DNA from: Heteronotia binoei | Taxonomy: Eukaryota | NCBI RefSeq assembly: GCF_032191835.1 | Contig: NC_083223.1 | Location: 89,962,001 to 90,026,000 of the forward strand | DNA: 64,000 nucleotides | Direction of reading: 5' to 3' | Shown: piece by piece, positions 1-12,529 of the stretch | Numbering within the stretch: position 1 is the first letter of the stretch | Layout: each line of letters begins with the position of its first letter | Notes under the pieces: model-generated | Database searches by the model: none | Told to the model about the DNA's origin: nothing | The model's input: only the letters and a program-made list of their open reading frames with translations | Program-made: the position numbers and the translations under genes

Positions 1-1366
1 CATCTGGAAATGAGAGTTCAGCACCAATCTCCAATCCTTAACAAAGATGCTATAACCACTTGGCCTCAAGATATTGTTTTCTCTCTTTTTTTCCAAAATT
101 AATCTGTCAGAAGGCCATTTACTATCTTAGTGCAATACATTTAATGTATATTTTTAGTTCTTTTGTAGTCCACCTTTCTCATTGAAATTCTATGTGGAAA
201 GCACAGCAAAAGTTTGCAGTATAAAACTGTTTACTCTGTAACCCTCAGTGTTGCCACATCACAGTCTCCTAAATCTTTCTCCTAAGGGACACACACCTGA
301 TGTGATAAAGATTTTGGAACTCCCAAGTGTGTAAAAAGTAAACTGTATGCCCATGCAGTTTTAATTTGGATTAGGACTGCATCAAAACTGGGTTCCCCAC
401 ATTTACTTTTAAGGGCACTTTCACAATGCTATTTTACCCTGATTTTTCTTCATTGCTCTCTTGTTTTTCTCTGAATGAGGTTGGAACAGAGGTTTCTCTA
501 AAGGAGAAGGGAAAGAATGAATCATGCACTGTGCTGCAAAAGCTCCAGTTTAGCCTGCAGAAGCAAAGCAGAGGTCTGCAAGGACAGCTCAGTTTTATAG
601 AGGCAATGCCATATAAAAGAACCATTTTGGCAGTCAGTCAACTGATATATCACATCAAAGAGATACACTGCATCAAAGATAGTTTGGAAAACTGGGTGTA
701 TGGGGGGGAGTGGAGAATTCACAGAAGAATTAGGCAATTTGTGTAAGAAAGATGCCATAAAAACCACTTGCTGTACTTTGAGTGAAACTAAAGGGAAAGT
801 CTTGTTTCAAAGGGACCTTTGTATTTTATGGGGGGGAGGGGTTAAAGGATATATCTGTAGTACTAGGACCCCCAAAACAAACACAGGAAACAACAATATA
901 TGGATTAAACTAGGTTGTATTAAAACTAGTCATTCAATTTTTAAGTGCAGGTTGCAACTAGGTCAGCCAGTAACTTAGAGCTACCAGCATTTGGAGAAGC
1001 TTCACCCTGCCTCTAAACATGGCTAGATTACTGTGGCCATTGTTTTTCCCAGCCTGCACATTAAGCGTGCTGAGAGCTGGCAAACCTCATCCTCCCCCTC
1101 CACCTGCCCCAGTACCACATGATTAGAAAGCAAGATTCTGTCCTCACAGCCAACAGAAGTACAATTCAGGCCGCTATTTTATGCACACTTTGCTTTTTGT
1201 CAATAGGATTTCATTGGTTTCAATGGAACTCCAAAGTAAATGCATACAAAATTCCTCCCCAGAGACATTTGCTTAGCATCTTTCTCCCCACTCCTTTTCA
1301 GTGCTGTTAAATGCTGTTTTGTTTGCATGAGGTTTTGGTGGGAGGTATTTTTAGAATTGTTTTCCC

Positions 1367-1786
1367 CAGGGGTCATTTCGTAGAAAAAGCTTTCCAGGAA
1401 CTCATTAGTATAACTTATTTGCATAAGTTATTTGCAAATGCCACATCCCCTAACATCACCGGAAATGTGTCAGAAGGCAAAGCCCACCGCTCAAGCTCCA
1501 ACCCAAAATCTCCAGGTATTTCCCAACTCAGAGCTAGCAATCTGGAGAAAAATTAGTTCAAAAGCACAAAGAAAACAGCCAAGGTGTCAAGTGATTTCAA
1601 TATCACAAACATTTATCCAGGCCTCAGATTCAGTGGGACCTCTCAGGAGCACAGCTCCTGAACCTTTCTGAGAGTTCCTCCTCCTCCTCTGAGAGTTCCA
1701 CCTCATTGTCCATTGAATAGTATGTGCAGCTGCATAACAATCCCTGGATGAACTCAACCACCTATTTTTCAACAAAATGACCCCTG
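1367..1786. mobile_element. Non-autonomous DNA-transposon (MITE) pieces, family with CAGGGGTCAT / CAGGCCTCA termini
   Basis: CAGGGGTCATTT at 1367 and AAATGACCCCTG ending at 1786. Segment 1618-1786 recurs as its reverse complement at 15545-15678, and related ends occur at 4905-5363. Confidence 0.6.
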
Positions 1787-2071
1787 CATTTATCAGAGGG
1801 CATGCATGGCCTGTCAAGTTACTTTTGGGGGAAAGAAAGATGGGGGACAGATGACAGGGAGAGATAGAGAAAGGAAGGAGAGGGGAGGGGGGAGTGAGAG
1901 AGAGAGAAAGAAGGAGAGAGGCTTCTCAGTCTGCACTTCACACACAGGGAAATTATCTGGCTGGTAAGTTTGCAACAGCTCTTGAAACCAAAACTTTTCT
2001 GGATAGTTTTTTTAGTAGTGGCTGGGACTTGCCACTTCTTTCTGGCTTACACCATGACCGATTTTCCACTA

Positions 2072-2965
2072 AACCAGTTTGTTGTAGTGGTTAAGTGAGA
2101 GCCAGTTTGATGTAGTGGTTAAGTATGTGGAGTCTTCTCTGGGGTCCTGTTCACACAGCATGTTGAGTCCATGTTAAACTGACCTGGTTCTGTCCCGAAT
2201 ATCTTTGTTCCGGATATTATTGATCAGATTGCCATACTGCAATTCTAATCACTCCATGGTGAAACCGTCTTCTGCCGTCCATACAACGGCACCATGCAGT
2301 TCTTTTTTTGTTTTCCCCATGATTATGTGCATGTGCATCACACTCATGTGCACATGCACACATTATGCACACATGCACATATGTGCATGCGCATAGGTCA
2401 GAAAACATGGTTATGCGCATATTGCTAAGTAGTAAAAAAATGGCGACTGTAAACTGGATGTCTGAGGCTCCTTTTGCTCTGGGACAGTCTTCAGACATCC
2501 GGAAGCTGGTTAATATCACAGCAGAACTATCCAGATGGAGAAAACTATGTGAAACCGGACAACTCAAAAAACACTGCAAAGGAGGAGGTAACAAAATAAT
2601 CCAGTCCTAAAAAGGGGGGTGGCTACCATGATTGACTACCGGAAGGCCTATGTTGCTGTCTGATCAGCCACTTTTAATCTGGTAGGAAACAGCAGCGACA
2701 TCTGATTATACTGTCTGTCTGAACAGGACCTGGGAGAACAGGGTTTGATTCCCCATTCCTTCACTTGCACATGCTGGAATGGCCTTGGATTAGCATAGTT
2801 ATTGCATGAGTTGTCCTTGAAAGGGCAGCTGCTGTGAGAGCCCTCTCAGCTCCACCCACCTCACAGGGTGACTGTTGTGGTGGGAGAAGATATAGGAGAT
2901 TGTAAACCACTCTGAGTTTCTGATTCAGAGAGAAGGGTGTGGTATAAATCTGCAGTCAGTCTTCT
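2072..2965 (+). mobile_element. tRNA-derived MIR/L2-tail SINE (Squam3-like), split by a MITE, with a duplicated head
   Basis: The head CCAGTTTG.TGTAGTGGTTAAGT occurs twice (2074, 2102). The body resumes at 2731 (GGTTTGATTCCCC B-box) and matches the young copy at 26512-26798. Confidence 0.85.
2143..2730. mobile_element. Non-autonomous PIF/Harbinger-like MITE inserted in a SINE
   Basis: TIRs GGTCCTGTTCACACAG / CTGTCTGAACAGGACC and a 3-bp TSD TGG (2140-2142, 2731-2733). Removing it restores the SINE sequence CTCTGGGAGAAC. Confidence 0.75.
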
Positions 2966-3322
2966 AAACTTAAGCAGCTCTCATTCTCCTCTTCTCCGTG
3001 GGACTGCTGCTGGATTTCGCACAAACTGCCCCGAACCAGTGAGTTGCTTCTTTCATGGTTAATTTTATTTTGCACTAATTTGATTGGTCCAGTAAATGCC
3101 TTACATTGATTTTGTTTTAAACCCACTATATTATAGGTTTTATTCTTGTTTCTGTAATTTTATTTTTCCAGTAACAAGACAGGGCTTTTTTAGTCTGCCT
3201 TTTTTCATACTGATCATCACAGTGTTTTTTTCCCTGCTCCTTTTATTGTTTCTGCTTTCCCATTTCACATTGCTTCAACAGCTCTCTTGCAAACTCTGGG
3301 TACACTATGCTGAAGGGGAGAC

Positions 3323-3568
3323 AGGGCAGCCCACTTCCTCCATAAAGGGAGGGAAAGCCCTCCATCCTCTCTCCTGGGGAACTGAACCTGATTTGTAAGG
3401 AAATCTCCAGGAAAGTCCTGGAGACTGCCTCCTAGGGTGCAGGGGAAAGAGACCTATCTCTTGGAAGAGAAAGGGCAGCCCACTTCCTCCAAAAAGTGTG
3501 TGAGAGGAAAGCCCTCATTCCTCTCCGCTGGGGAACTGACCTGATTTGTGGGGAAATCTCCAGGAAAG
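3323..3568. repeat. ~95-bp direct duplication (3323-3415 and 3472-3568)
   Basis: Both copies read AGGGCAGCCCACTTCCTCCA...GGAAAGCCCTC...GGGGAACTGA.CCTGATTTGT..GGAAATCTCCAGGAAAG. Confidence 0.85.
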
Positions 3569-3892
3569 ACCCAGAGGCTGGCTCCTTTGCTAAGAGAGAG
3601 AGGTGAGAAAAGAAGATATAGAATCCCCCCACCCCCTCCAACAGAAGACTCCCACTCACCCAGTAGCCCAGGATGACTGGGCAGTCTTGCATGGCTGGGG
3701 AACTCTTCTGCACTCCCCCCCCCCCCGAAAGATGTAAGACTTCCCCCTGACATATCTGCTCGCTTGGCAAGGTGTAGGCTGAAGGCACCCCCCCACACAC
3801 ATGCTGCCTCCACCAATGCCCACTTGACAAGGCAGGCCCCAGCCTTGTCCTGCTGTGGTGGCACAATGCACTTGCCTTCAGCAGAGGAGTGC

Positions 3893-4320
3893 TCCTCCCC
3901 CAAGGGCAAGTGCACCCAGCCAAGCCAAGCAACGCAAGGAAGGCCAGGCCTGCAATGGAGGCCAGAGATCATCTCCCCACCACCACCACCGCCCTTCCCT
4001 TGAGGGCAAGTGCACCCAGCTGAGCAAGGCAAGGAAGGCTGGGCCTGCAATGGAGGCCAGAGATCACCCTCTTCCCGCCACCACCCTTCACTCAAGGACA
4101 AGTGGGTCCAGCCAAGGAAAGCCAGGCCTGCAATGTAAGCCAGAGATCACCCTCCCCCCCACCACTGCTGCCCTTCCCTTGAGGGCCAGTGTGCCCAGCA
4201 GAGCAAGGCAAGGAAGGTTGGGCCTGCAATGGAGGCCAGAGATCCCCCCCACCTGCCACCACCACCCTTCCCTCAAGGGCAAGTGCGTCTAGCCAAGCAG
4301 GGCAAGCAAGGCCAAGGCTT
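3893..4320. repeat. GC-rich minisatellite, ~4.5 units of 88-100 bp
   Basis: Unit anchors AGGGCAAGTGCACCCAGC-like at about 3903, 4003, 4094, 4182 and 4275. GGCCTGCAATGGAGGCCAGAGATC-like core in each full unit. Confidence 0.9.
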
Positions 4321-4904
4321 GCCCTTTAGTGTGGGCTGAAGACCACACTCCCCCAGCCAAAGAAATCCATCCCCCCCCCTCCTCACAACTTACCGAGCAG
4401 TACCCAGTCCAGCAGGATCACGAGATAGGCAGTAACTGCAAGCAAGGCCTCAACCTCTCCCTTTGCAGGGCTGAGGGGGTGGAGCCAGAATTTCAAAGAG
4501 CCTATACTGCCTTTGAAGAGCGATACTGTAGCCTTTGAAGCTCCAGCTGACTGCAAGAGAAGCAGAGCTGAAGCAGAGATAGGCACAGCGAACTTCAACA
4601 TGTGCTACTGCCTTATAAGGTAATAAATAAATAAATACTTTGTTTCTTCTCTCCTAGAATGTGGTTCCTGCGGGTTTTTGCTGGAAATTAGCCCTGGTTT
4701 CCCCCCTATCTTTATTTTCTATTTAATTTTGCTACTCTATCTGTTTTTGCTTATTATGCTTTGTGTTTGTATTTTATAGTTGTGTCTTATTTCAAAGCCT
4801 GTTGGTTGCCTTGAAGACTGTATTGTTAAAAGTGGGGGATAAAAAGTACCTTGAATAAAAGAATAAAAAGATGGTTGTGTAGAGTCAGTTCAGTAATGTA
4901 GTTC

Positions 4905-5363
4905 CAGGCCTCATCTGGGGCAGGAGCTCACAGGAGCAGAGCTCTGGAACCTCTAAATTTTACTGTGCTCTTTCTTTCATTACCCCCCTCCCCAATACTT
5001 GCTTCTGGGCTCCATTGCTCAACCCCCCTGTGAGAATTTTGCTGAGCTCTAAGATTTGACAAACTTTCTAATATTCCCCCACACAAAAAATGGGGAAATA
5101 AGCAAAACATATAAAACAGACAGATGGAAATCTTCATCATGCCACTGTGACCAAATAGGAGAAAGTAATTTAAAAAGTATGATTGGGGATAAGGTTTTAT
5201 TATGACAATTATAATTCAAGAATCATTCCAAGGGAGATGCTGAGCTGATATAATTCAGTACACCTTCCAGTGATGTCAGGGGTGTGTGGCATATGCAAAT
5301 TAGTTATGCAAAAGATTTGTGCTAATGAGCTTCGGCACCTCTTTTTCCATGAAATGACCCCTG
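4905..5363. mobile_element. MITE (CAGGCCTCA...ATGACCCCTG family)
   Basis: Termini shared with the 1367-1786 and 15545-15678 pieces. Confidence 0.55.
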
Positions 5364-5717
5364 TATAGTTTTAAATTACTCCATGCTTAAAGTGCAATTG
5401 TGAACAGAGTTAGACCATTCTGAGTCCATTTCAGTCAACTCTGCTTAAGGCTGCAGTGTTCAGCCCCTGTGTTATGGAATATTGGACCAAGATGTAAATA
5501 AATGAACATGTCAGTCTAAAACAAGCTAGTCAGTTCCATAGCAAGCAGTTCTATCACAGTATTTATGAACAGTTTGGGGTTAGACAGACAGGGCAAGACC
5601 AAGCAAGTTGTAAACTAGTCCTTGTTGATAGCAAGTTAAGGGGCATATGGAATTTGCCTTTATCCTTCCTTACAGTAAAGCTAAATCTGGAACAGCAAAA
5701 TGTCCTTCCACCTAAGC

Positions 5718-5913
5718 AGGGCCTTTTTTGGTAGAAAAAGCCCAGCAGGAACTGGTAGAAAAAGCCCAGCAGGCATATTAGGCCACACCCCATTGTTCCA
5801 CATAGGGCTTTTTTGTAGGAAAAGCCTATCAGAAATTCATTTACATATTAGGTCACACCCCCTGACACCAAACCAGCCGGAACTGCATTCCTGTGCGTTC
5901 CTGCACCAAAGCC
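5718..5913. mobile_element. MITE of the CAGGGCTTTTTTGTAG family
   Basis: Motifs GAAAAAGCCCAGCAGGAACT, CATATTAGGCCACACCC and CCAGCCGGAACTGCATTCCTG recur at 9.65-9.86, 10.5-10.7 and 39.8-39.96 kb. Confidence 0.7.
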
Positions 5914-8900
5914 ATAGGTTACCTTAGTCTTCACATTTTTGAAAAGCAGCTGCATTAGAAATACATCATTTTCAGATTCACAATGTTTAAGAATGATTTT
6001 TTTAAAAAAAGTTTTTTGTTTCCATGGTTATAAGAAATAGAGTTCCATGGTTTAAACCCCCACCCACCCTTTTGATGTTTTTGCAGCAGCAACAATTCCT
6101 AAAATGTAAACAGAATTTAATGTAGGTTTCCAAATGCATATTTTACATATTTTTATGACTAAACAGCTTGTTTACCTATGGTATAGAAATTACAGAGGTA
6201 CACAACAGCAGTTTGATGTCTATTGCATACACTGCTGGTTGTATCAAATATTTAATACCAGCTATTCTTTGGGATTTGTTAGCATCTCCTTTAAAACTTG
6301 CCTGCGGCTGTTACAAGATGGAATGTAAAAAGTGGTTTTGATTATCGTTTTGGATTGTCACCTTGACAGTTTGGGTTAGATTTTATAGGCAGAAAAAGAG
6401 AACACACACACATGCTTGTTTCCACTTTGCATCTACAGACAATTCTCTACAGAAGTGGTTAGGACCTGAGCAGACATGAAAAGATTACCAAGTGGAGTTA
6501 TTTGAGGGGAACTGGTTTGTTATCATTAGGACACAGAGATACTAGTTTCCATCTACTCCAAACTGTTAGGAAAGCACTTAAGATCTGGAGTTGACATCAG
6601 GAATGGTGCTGCTGCAAGACAGGAACAAGAAGTGAGGAGAAAGCCAGGGAAACAATGTCCCGTATTAACAAAAGTCTGAATAAATTTTAAAAATTAATTG
6701 AGCATCGTGGATTTTAGGTTAAGGGTATTTATTTTCATCTTTCTCCTTTTCTTTTTTCGCTTTGCTAATCAGTGTAATAACCTTAAGAAACCTGTAGTCA
6801 GCCATAACGAATAAAGTGTATATTATTAAATCAAGGACTCACTACCACAGGAAACAAGGATTCTGGTTTGCTACTTTTGAAAACATAATGCAGGCTTGAG
6901 ATCCTGCTAGGCTACACACTCAAATATACTATTCATACAGTCTGGTTGTGATCACTTGTTTAGTTTACTAACTGAGTATAACTTACAGACTTCCATATGT
7001 CAGTGCCTTAGGCAGTGAATCAGTATTCCATTAAGGTAAGGAAAATCATGGAGTGGGGGAAAAAACCCTGTAGCCTCCTGACATAGTACAAGGACAGAAG
7101 TCATAAGTTAAAGTATAATTACTGGAATTTTTGGTTTTGTTTATGACACTAGTGATTACATGAATGAAGCTGGAATAATGAATAAGCAGTAAACATTTAT
7201 TGATAGAAGTGGCATTTCAATGCACTATGGGTGTAATCCAGCTAAAGTTATGTACTGTTATCCTATTGATTTCAATTGAGGTGTTGAATACATTCTTAAA
7301 TTTCTTCCATTCAGATCAATGAGACTTAAAAATGTTTCACTTTGGCTAGATTGCATCCTCTGTATTTCCCCTTTAAATTCATTTCCACTTGTCTGAAACA
7401 CTTAGCTACTAGATTTTTTTGTAACTGCCACTCACTGCATCATAATAACTCAGAGACATTATCATCTTGTGTCTTTACATTGATTTTGCATATAGCTTTA
7501 CCCTGAAATCCACATGCTTTAGTGAAGCGTACTTTCTTTTCACATAAGATCTTTTATTACAGCAGTGCCTATTTCTGCCTTCGTTAAATGTCTGTCAGCA
7601 TTTCTTTTCTAAACCTTATTTTCAGGGGATTTATTGCCTAGACATTCTAAAGCAAGTTCTTGATTTGATAGAATTTCACAATATAAAGTAGGTGTCAATT
7701 TTATTTTACCTCCCCGCCCCCCCCCCCCCCCGCCAATGTTCATTCTGTCCTAGTATGGCCACACAAAACCATAAGGCAGCATTCATAGAGGGGTTTCCCC
7801 CCGCCCTTTCGCCTCTGGGGTTTTTTTTTATGGATACATCCTACCCACAGGATGATTATAAATCTGTATCATAGGGGGAAGAAAACCCTTGAATTATATG
7901 TCAACATTTAACTATTTAACTGTTTTGTTTTAATGATTCATACTATTTGAGAACATAATGGGACAAGGCAAAAAACAAACATGGTGAGTGCCAGCATTGT
8001 CAGTGTGTTTAGGCTATAGCTTTTCATTCTGGTAAAATGACTTGGATTGTACTGCTAGCTGAGTCTTTCCTTATTTTGTCATTCAAGGCCCAGAAAGGAA
8101 GAAAAAGAGTTGATAAGGGGTCACATTCCTCCTTCCCCATTCCTCTGAAACTTCTTCTGAGGTTACCTTCTTCTATCTCTGATAGGTAGCTCTTCATGCC
8201 ACAGCTACATACTGTTACCTTCTCTCCCTATTTGTTTGCAACTTTGTACTACAAGAAAATATCATTGAGCAGTCCATAAAACATCTGAGGAGCTTACTCC
8301 ATTTATAGCATGGCCATAGCCAGTGGTGGGGCTTTAGGGGCTCTGCCCGCTATTGATTAGGAATGAGCCCCAGCTCTAGCAAGTCCCCTGAGCCCCAGTG
8401 AGTCCCCAGCAAACTCCACTACTAGCTAGTGAGTCGGCTCTTGGAGAGCTTTCCAAGACCTGGCTATGCAGCTGGCTGGCTATTCCAGAGCAACCTGATT
8501 GAGCTGCATAGGGCATTGCTGAGGGCAGCCAGGATAAAATCCATCCTGATCACACAGGTCTGGAAAAGACAGGAAGCATTTTCCTTCCCTTTTAAAAAAG
8601 TTACACATAATTTATTAAAAAGAAAATCATGCTGGGTCAGGAGTTCTGGCCAGGCATGGCTGCTGGGGCATGAGAAGTAAAGCTGAGCAGAAGATAAGAC
8701 ACCAGCTCCTGGATGGGATTCTGCAAAGGAAAGAACGGCACTTATCGATTCCATCCAGGTTCAGAAGAACTACTTGTGGGTGGCTTTTTAAAGGGGAAGA
8801 GGACTGGGCTGGCCTCTCTTTAGTAACTGTTGGAAGGGGAGCAGAGCAGAGGCAGAGAAAGTTTGTAATTGTCTGCACAGCCAGCTTGAGGAAGGGGATG

Positions 8901-9645
8901 GCGGTGGCAGATAAGAAGTGGGCAGCTCCTACCCTCCCTCAAAGCAACAGTGAGGAGCAAGAGAGGGCTGGTATGAGTCTTACTGTGAGTTAATTTAATT
9001 AGTGCTCCAGAGCCCCCCCCCCCCTCAAAAAAAGAATCCTGGCTATGGGGCTGATTCATAGCGAGTCTTCTGACAGCCACTTTCAAGGGACAGGGCTTTT
9101 TGCCTCATAAGGTCCCATTTCCAGAGATGGACAAATGCCAAGCAAGTAGGTTTTCTCCCTTTTGATAAGGGGGGGGAAAACCTTGAACATATCCAGGAAG
9201 AAGTTTGTAGAACTGCTTTGCATCTGTAGATAATACATCACCAAATGCCAAAAAGCACCATAGAACCTGAGTCATTTCATATTTTTTTTTCTATGTACAA
9301 AATGGAAGGTCAATATTTTTGGACAGGAAAGCATTATCATTCAACCCTCCCCTGGTAGCCTGAAGTAGTACAGTTCAGGAACTCTTATCTAATGTTTGTG
9401 AAGTCTATAAGTTCCATCAATGACATATACAATTATTTTTAATGAGCAGGAGATTGACTTAGAATTGAGATGCAAGAAAGAGGGAAGACCATTTAGGATG
9501 GGGAAGTTATTCTTCCCTGTTGTTCCAGGGCAACTGTTTGGCCAGTGTGACCTCTTGTGCTCTTACATATGTATGTATGTATCTCTTCTGTATAAGTTAT
9601 ATTGCATCTTTTTATCTTCCCCATATCATGCAATATATTTAAACA

Positions 9646-9862
9646 GGAGGGTTTTTTTGTTTAAAGAGCCCAGCAGGAATTCATTTGCATATTAGGCCAC
9701 ACTTCCTGATATCACCATTGTGATCATCATTGACATTACCTCCCGACACAAGGCTTTTTTGTAGAAAAAGTGCATAAGGAACTCATTTGCATATTAGGCC
9801 ACACCCCTGACACCAACCCAGCTGTGTTGTGTTCCTGTGTATTCCTGTTTTTAAAAAGCCCT
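9646..9862. mobile_element. MITE of the CAGGGCTTTTTTGTAG family (two tandem modules)
   Basis: AGGAA(T/C)TCATTTGCATATTAGGCCACAC occurs twice. Confidence 0.7.
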
Positions 9863-10511
9863 TATGTTTTTGAGCTTCATTTGATATTGTGGTGAAAAGT
9901 TGATTTTGCATTCACAGAATCTTCTTTGCATCTCCGCTCTCAGTACTAATTGTCTTCCTAATGTGAAGATGTAAGGAATGTTAACCATCATCACCTATGC
10001 TTGTTTTTAATATGTACAGCGGGATCAGTATCATGAAGAAGTATTTCAGCTGTACTCTTTATATCTGGTATTTGTTTAAATTTGTATAATAGATCACAAT
10101 GTTTAGCAGGATGGGGGAAAGAAGTTAGTATTTTCATTTGAAGTTAGAGGCTCCAAAAGTTTTTTTTTTAATTGTCTACATTATTTATACTTTCCTGATT
10201 CAAACCATTTTAAATAAAAGAGAAAAGTCAATACATGTCTTAGTACCATACAGATTTAAAGAATGAGTTCATTTTTATGCTGTATGCCCTAAGTTGTTCC
10301 GTGTCCAATAATACTTGAAAATTATGTACAACAGAGGTTGGTGGTTGCAATATAGCATTATGATAAATAGATTATATAATAATCTGTTTGATGACATCAT
10401 CCAACAGAAATTGTTCATGAACTGAGAGTAGCACAGTCAATTTCTGGAATTTGTTTTGCCCCATCCCAGATCTTTCAATATGTGATTTGAGTGAGGATCT
10501 TTAAAATGAGT

Positions 10512-10693
10512 CAGGGCTTTTTTTGTAGCAGGAACTCCTTTGCCTATTAGGCCACACCCCTCTGATGTAGCCAATCCTCCAAAAGTTTACAGGGCTCTTA
10601 GTACAGGGCCTACTGTAAACTCTTGGAGGATTGGCTACATCAGAGCCATGTGGCCTAATATGCAAAGGAGTTCCTGCTACAAAAAAAGCCCTG
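10512..10693. mobile_element. Palindromic MITE (182 bp)
   Basis: The left arm CAGGGCTTTTTTTGTAGCAGGAACTCCTTTGC..TAGGCCACA is mirrored by TGTGGCCTAATATGCAAAGGAGTTCCTGCTACAAAAAAAGCCCTG. AGT flanks both sides. Confidence 0.8.
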
Positions 10694-11294
10694 AGTGTGA
10701 TCTAATACTGAGGATATTTATTTATTTATTTGGTTCCATTTATATCCTGCCCTCCCCACCAAAGTGGCTCAGAGATGTTACTGAGTTTTATGAGCACAGC
10801 ATATCAGTTCCTAAGTCCCAGATTTTGACATCGGTAACCCCACTTGAAAAAAATGGAAGTAATTTTTTCCTGGACATTCTAATGAAATAAAAATGAACTG
10901 TAATCTTTAAAATCAATCCCTCTTTCTATGCCACTTGTGATAAATGTCATATAGTGAATAATGGCATGAAATGTCATAAAAGAATGAAACAAACAGGGAA
11001 TACAAGTTAAAAAGTGAACGGAAAAGGAAGAAAATGACAATATGTAACCACAACAAAACAAAACAAAGAAAAGAAGGCATATTCATACATTCTTGAGAGA
11101 ACCACATAGTCCTGCACAGAGAAAACTAGCATGTCAAAGAAAGGGTGGAGTTTAGCCTTCTTCTTGCTGTGCTAGAAATTTTTTGAACAATTAAATGTAA
11201 ATCTCTCATGCACTGTGTGATGACTGATCATAGGGAAAAAGGATTTTAAAGTTGATTTTACTGATTACATAAACAGGAGGTAAAACAGCATGGT

Positions 11295-11453
11295 ATCAGA
11301 TCTCAGAAGTTAAGCATGGTCAGTACTTGAAAGAGAGGCCCCCAAGGAAGATTTTGCAGAGGAAGGCAAACCACCTCAGCTTCTTACTTGCCTTGAAAAC
11401 ACCTTGCAAGGTCTCCATTAGCCTTGACTTGACAGTGCTCTACATACACACAC
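11295..11453 (+). mobile_element. Decayed 5S-rRNA-derived SINE fragment
   Basis: GATCTCAGAAGTTAAGCATGGTC..AGTACTTG resembles the 5S internal promoter region (GATCTCGGAAGCTAAGCAGGGTC...AGTACTTGG). It is followed by a non-5S body and an (AC)n end. Confidence 0.55.
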
Positions 11454-11761
11454 AAACTCAATCAACAGTCTTTAGAGAGCCAAACTAGATGTGATGGCTA
11501 GGCTGTTCTCTTCTGTTTCACCTTCTGTGTCTACTAACAGCGTAGAGAAATATATATTAATCTTGGTGGGCAAAAACATCTTATACAGTTCTCTTAAATT
11601 CCCTCTCTGCTTTCCAGTACCATGTTCCCAATCTCAATAGATTCTCCATATGACTGATTTTCTCAGTTATATAGAAGTCTGATCTCTCACAGTTCTATCT
11701 ACTTTGGCCCTGATAGCTGAAGGAAAAATGCAAAGACTTGCTGTTTCAGCTTGTCCTTTGG

Positions 11762-12271
11762 TAGGGTTGCCAATCCCCAGGTGGGGGCAGGGGATCCCCC
11801 AGTTTGGAGGCCCTCCCTCCACTTTAGGGTCGTCAGAAAGTGGGGGGAGGGGAGGGAAATGTCTGCTGGGAACTCTGTTATTCCCTATGGAGATTTATTC
11901 CCATAGAAAATCATGGAGAATTGATCCGCGGGTATCTGGGGCTCTGGGGGGGGGCCTGTTTTTCGGGGTAGAGGCACCAAATTTTTAGTATAGTATCTAG
12001 TGCCTCTCCCCAAGATACCCCCCAAGTTTCAAAAAGATTGGACTAGGGGGTCCAATTCTATAAGCCCCAAAAGAAGGTGCCCCATCCTTCATGATTTCCT
12101 ATGGAAGGAAGGAAATGAAAAGGTGTGCTGTCCTTTTAAATGTGATGGCCAGAACTCCCTATGGAGTTCAATAATGCTTGTCACAGCCTTGATCTTGGCT
12201 CCACCCCTAATGTCTCCTGGCCCCACCCCCAAAGTCCCCAGATATTTCTTTAATTGGACTTGGCAACCCTA
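11762..12271. mobile_element. hAT-type MITE (510 bp)
   Basis: TIRs TAGGGTTGCCAA / TTGGCAACCCTA and a perfect 8-bp TSD TCCTTTGG (11754-11761, 12272-12279). Confidence 0.9.
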
Positions 12272-12529
12272 TCCTTTGGTCACTTCACCATTTTCTGTCA
12301 GCCATCTTATAGGACACAGTAGTGGCCTTAGGTCACTGGGCATTTTAAAATATGTTTGAAGTGCCATTTTTGCCTTTGACATGACATCAGTTTTATCACA
12401 AATGAAGAGAGAGCCTTACAGATTCAATAACCTCTTCAGAAATGAAAGCAGCCCCTCTCCCTCTTTATAGGGTGAGGCTGACAAGCCAACAGGGGGACTT
12501 ACCAGGAGGCTCCTGGAGAGGGAAGGGAA

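Noticed and set aside
426-767. Overlapping 106-aa (+) and 81-aa (-) ORFs as host exons
   Set aside because: No recognisable protein and ambiguous splice context.
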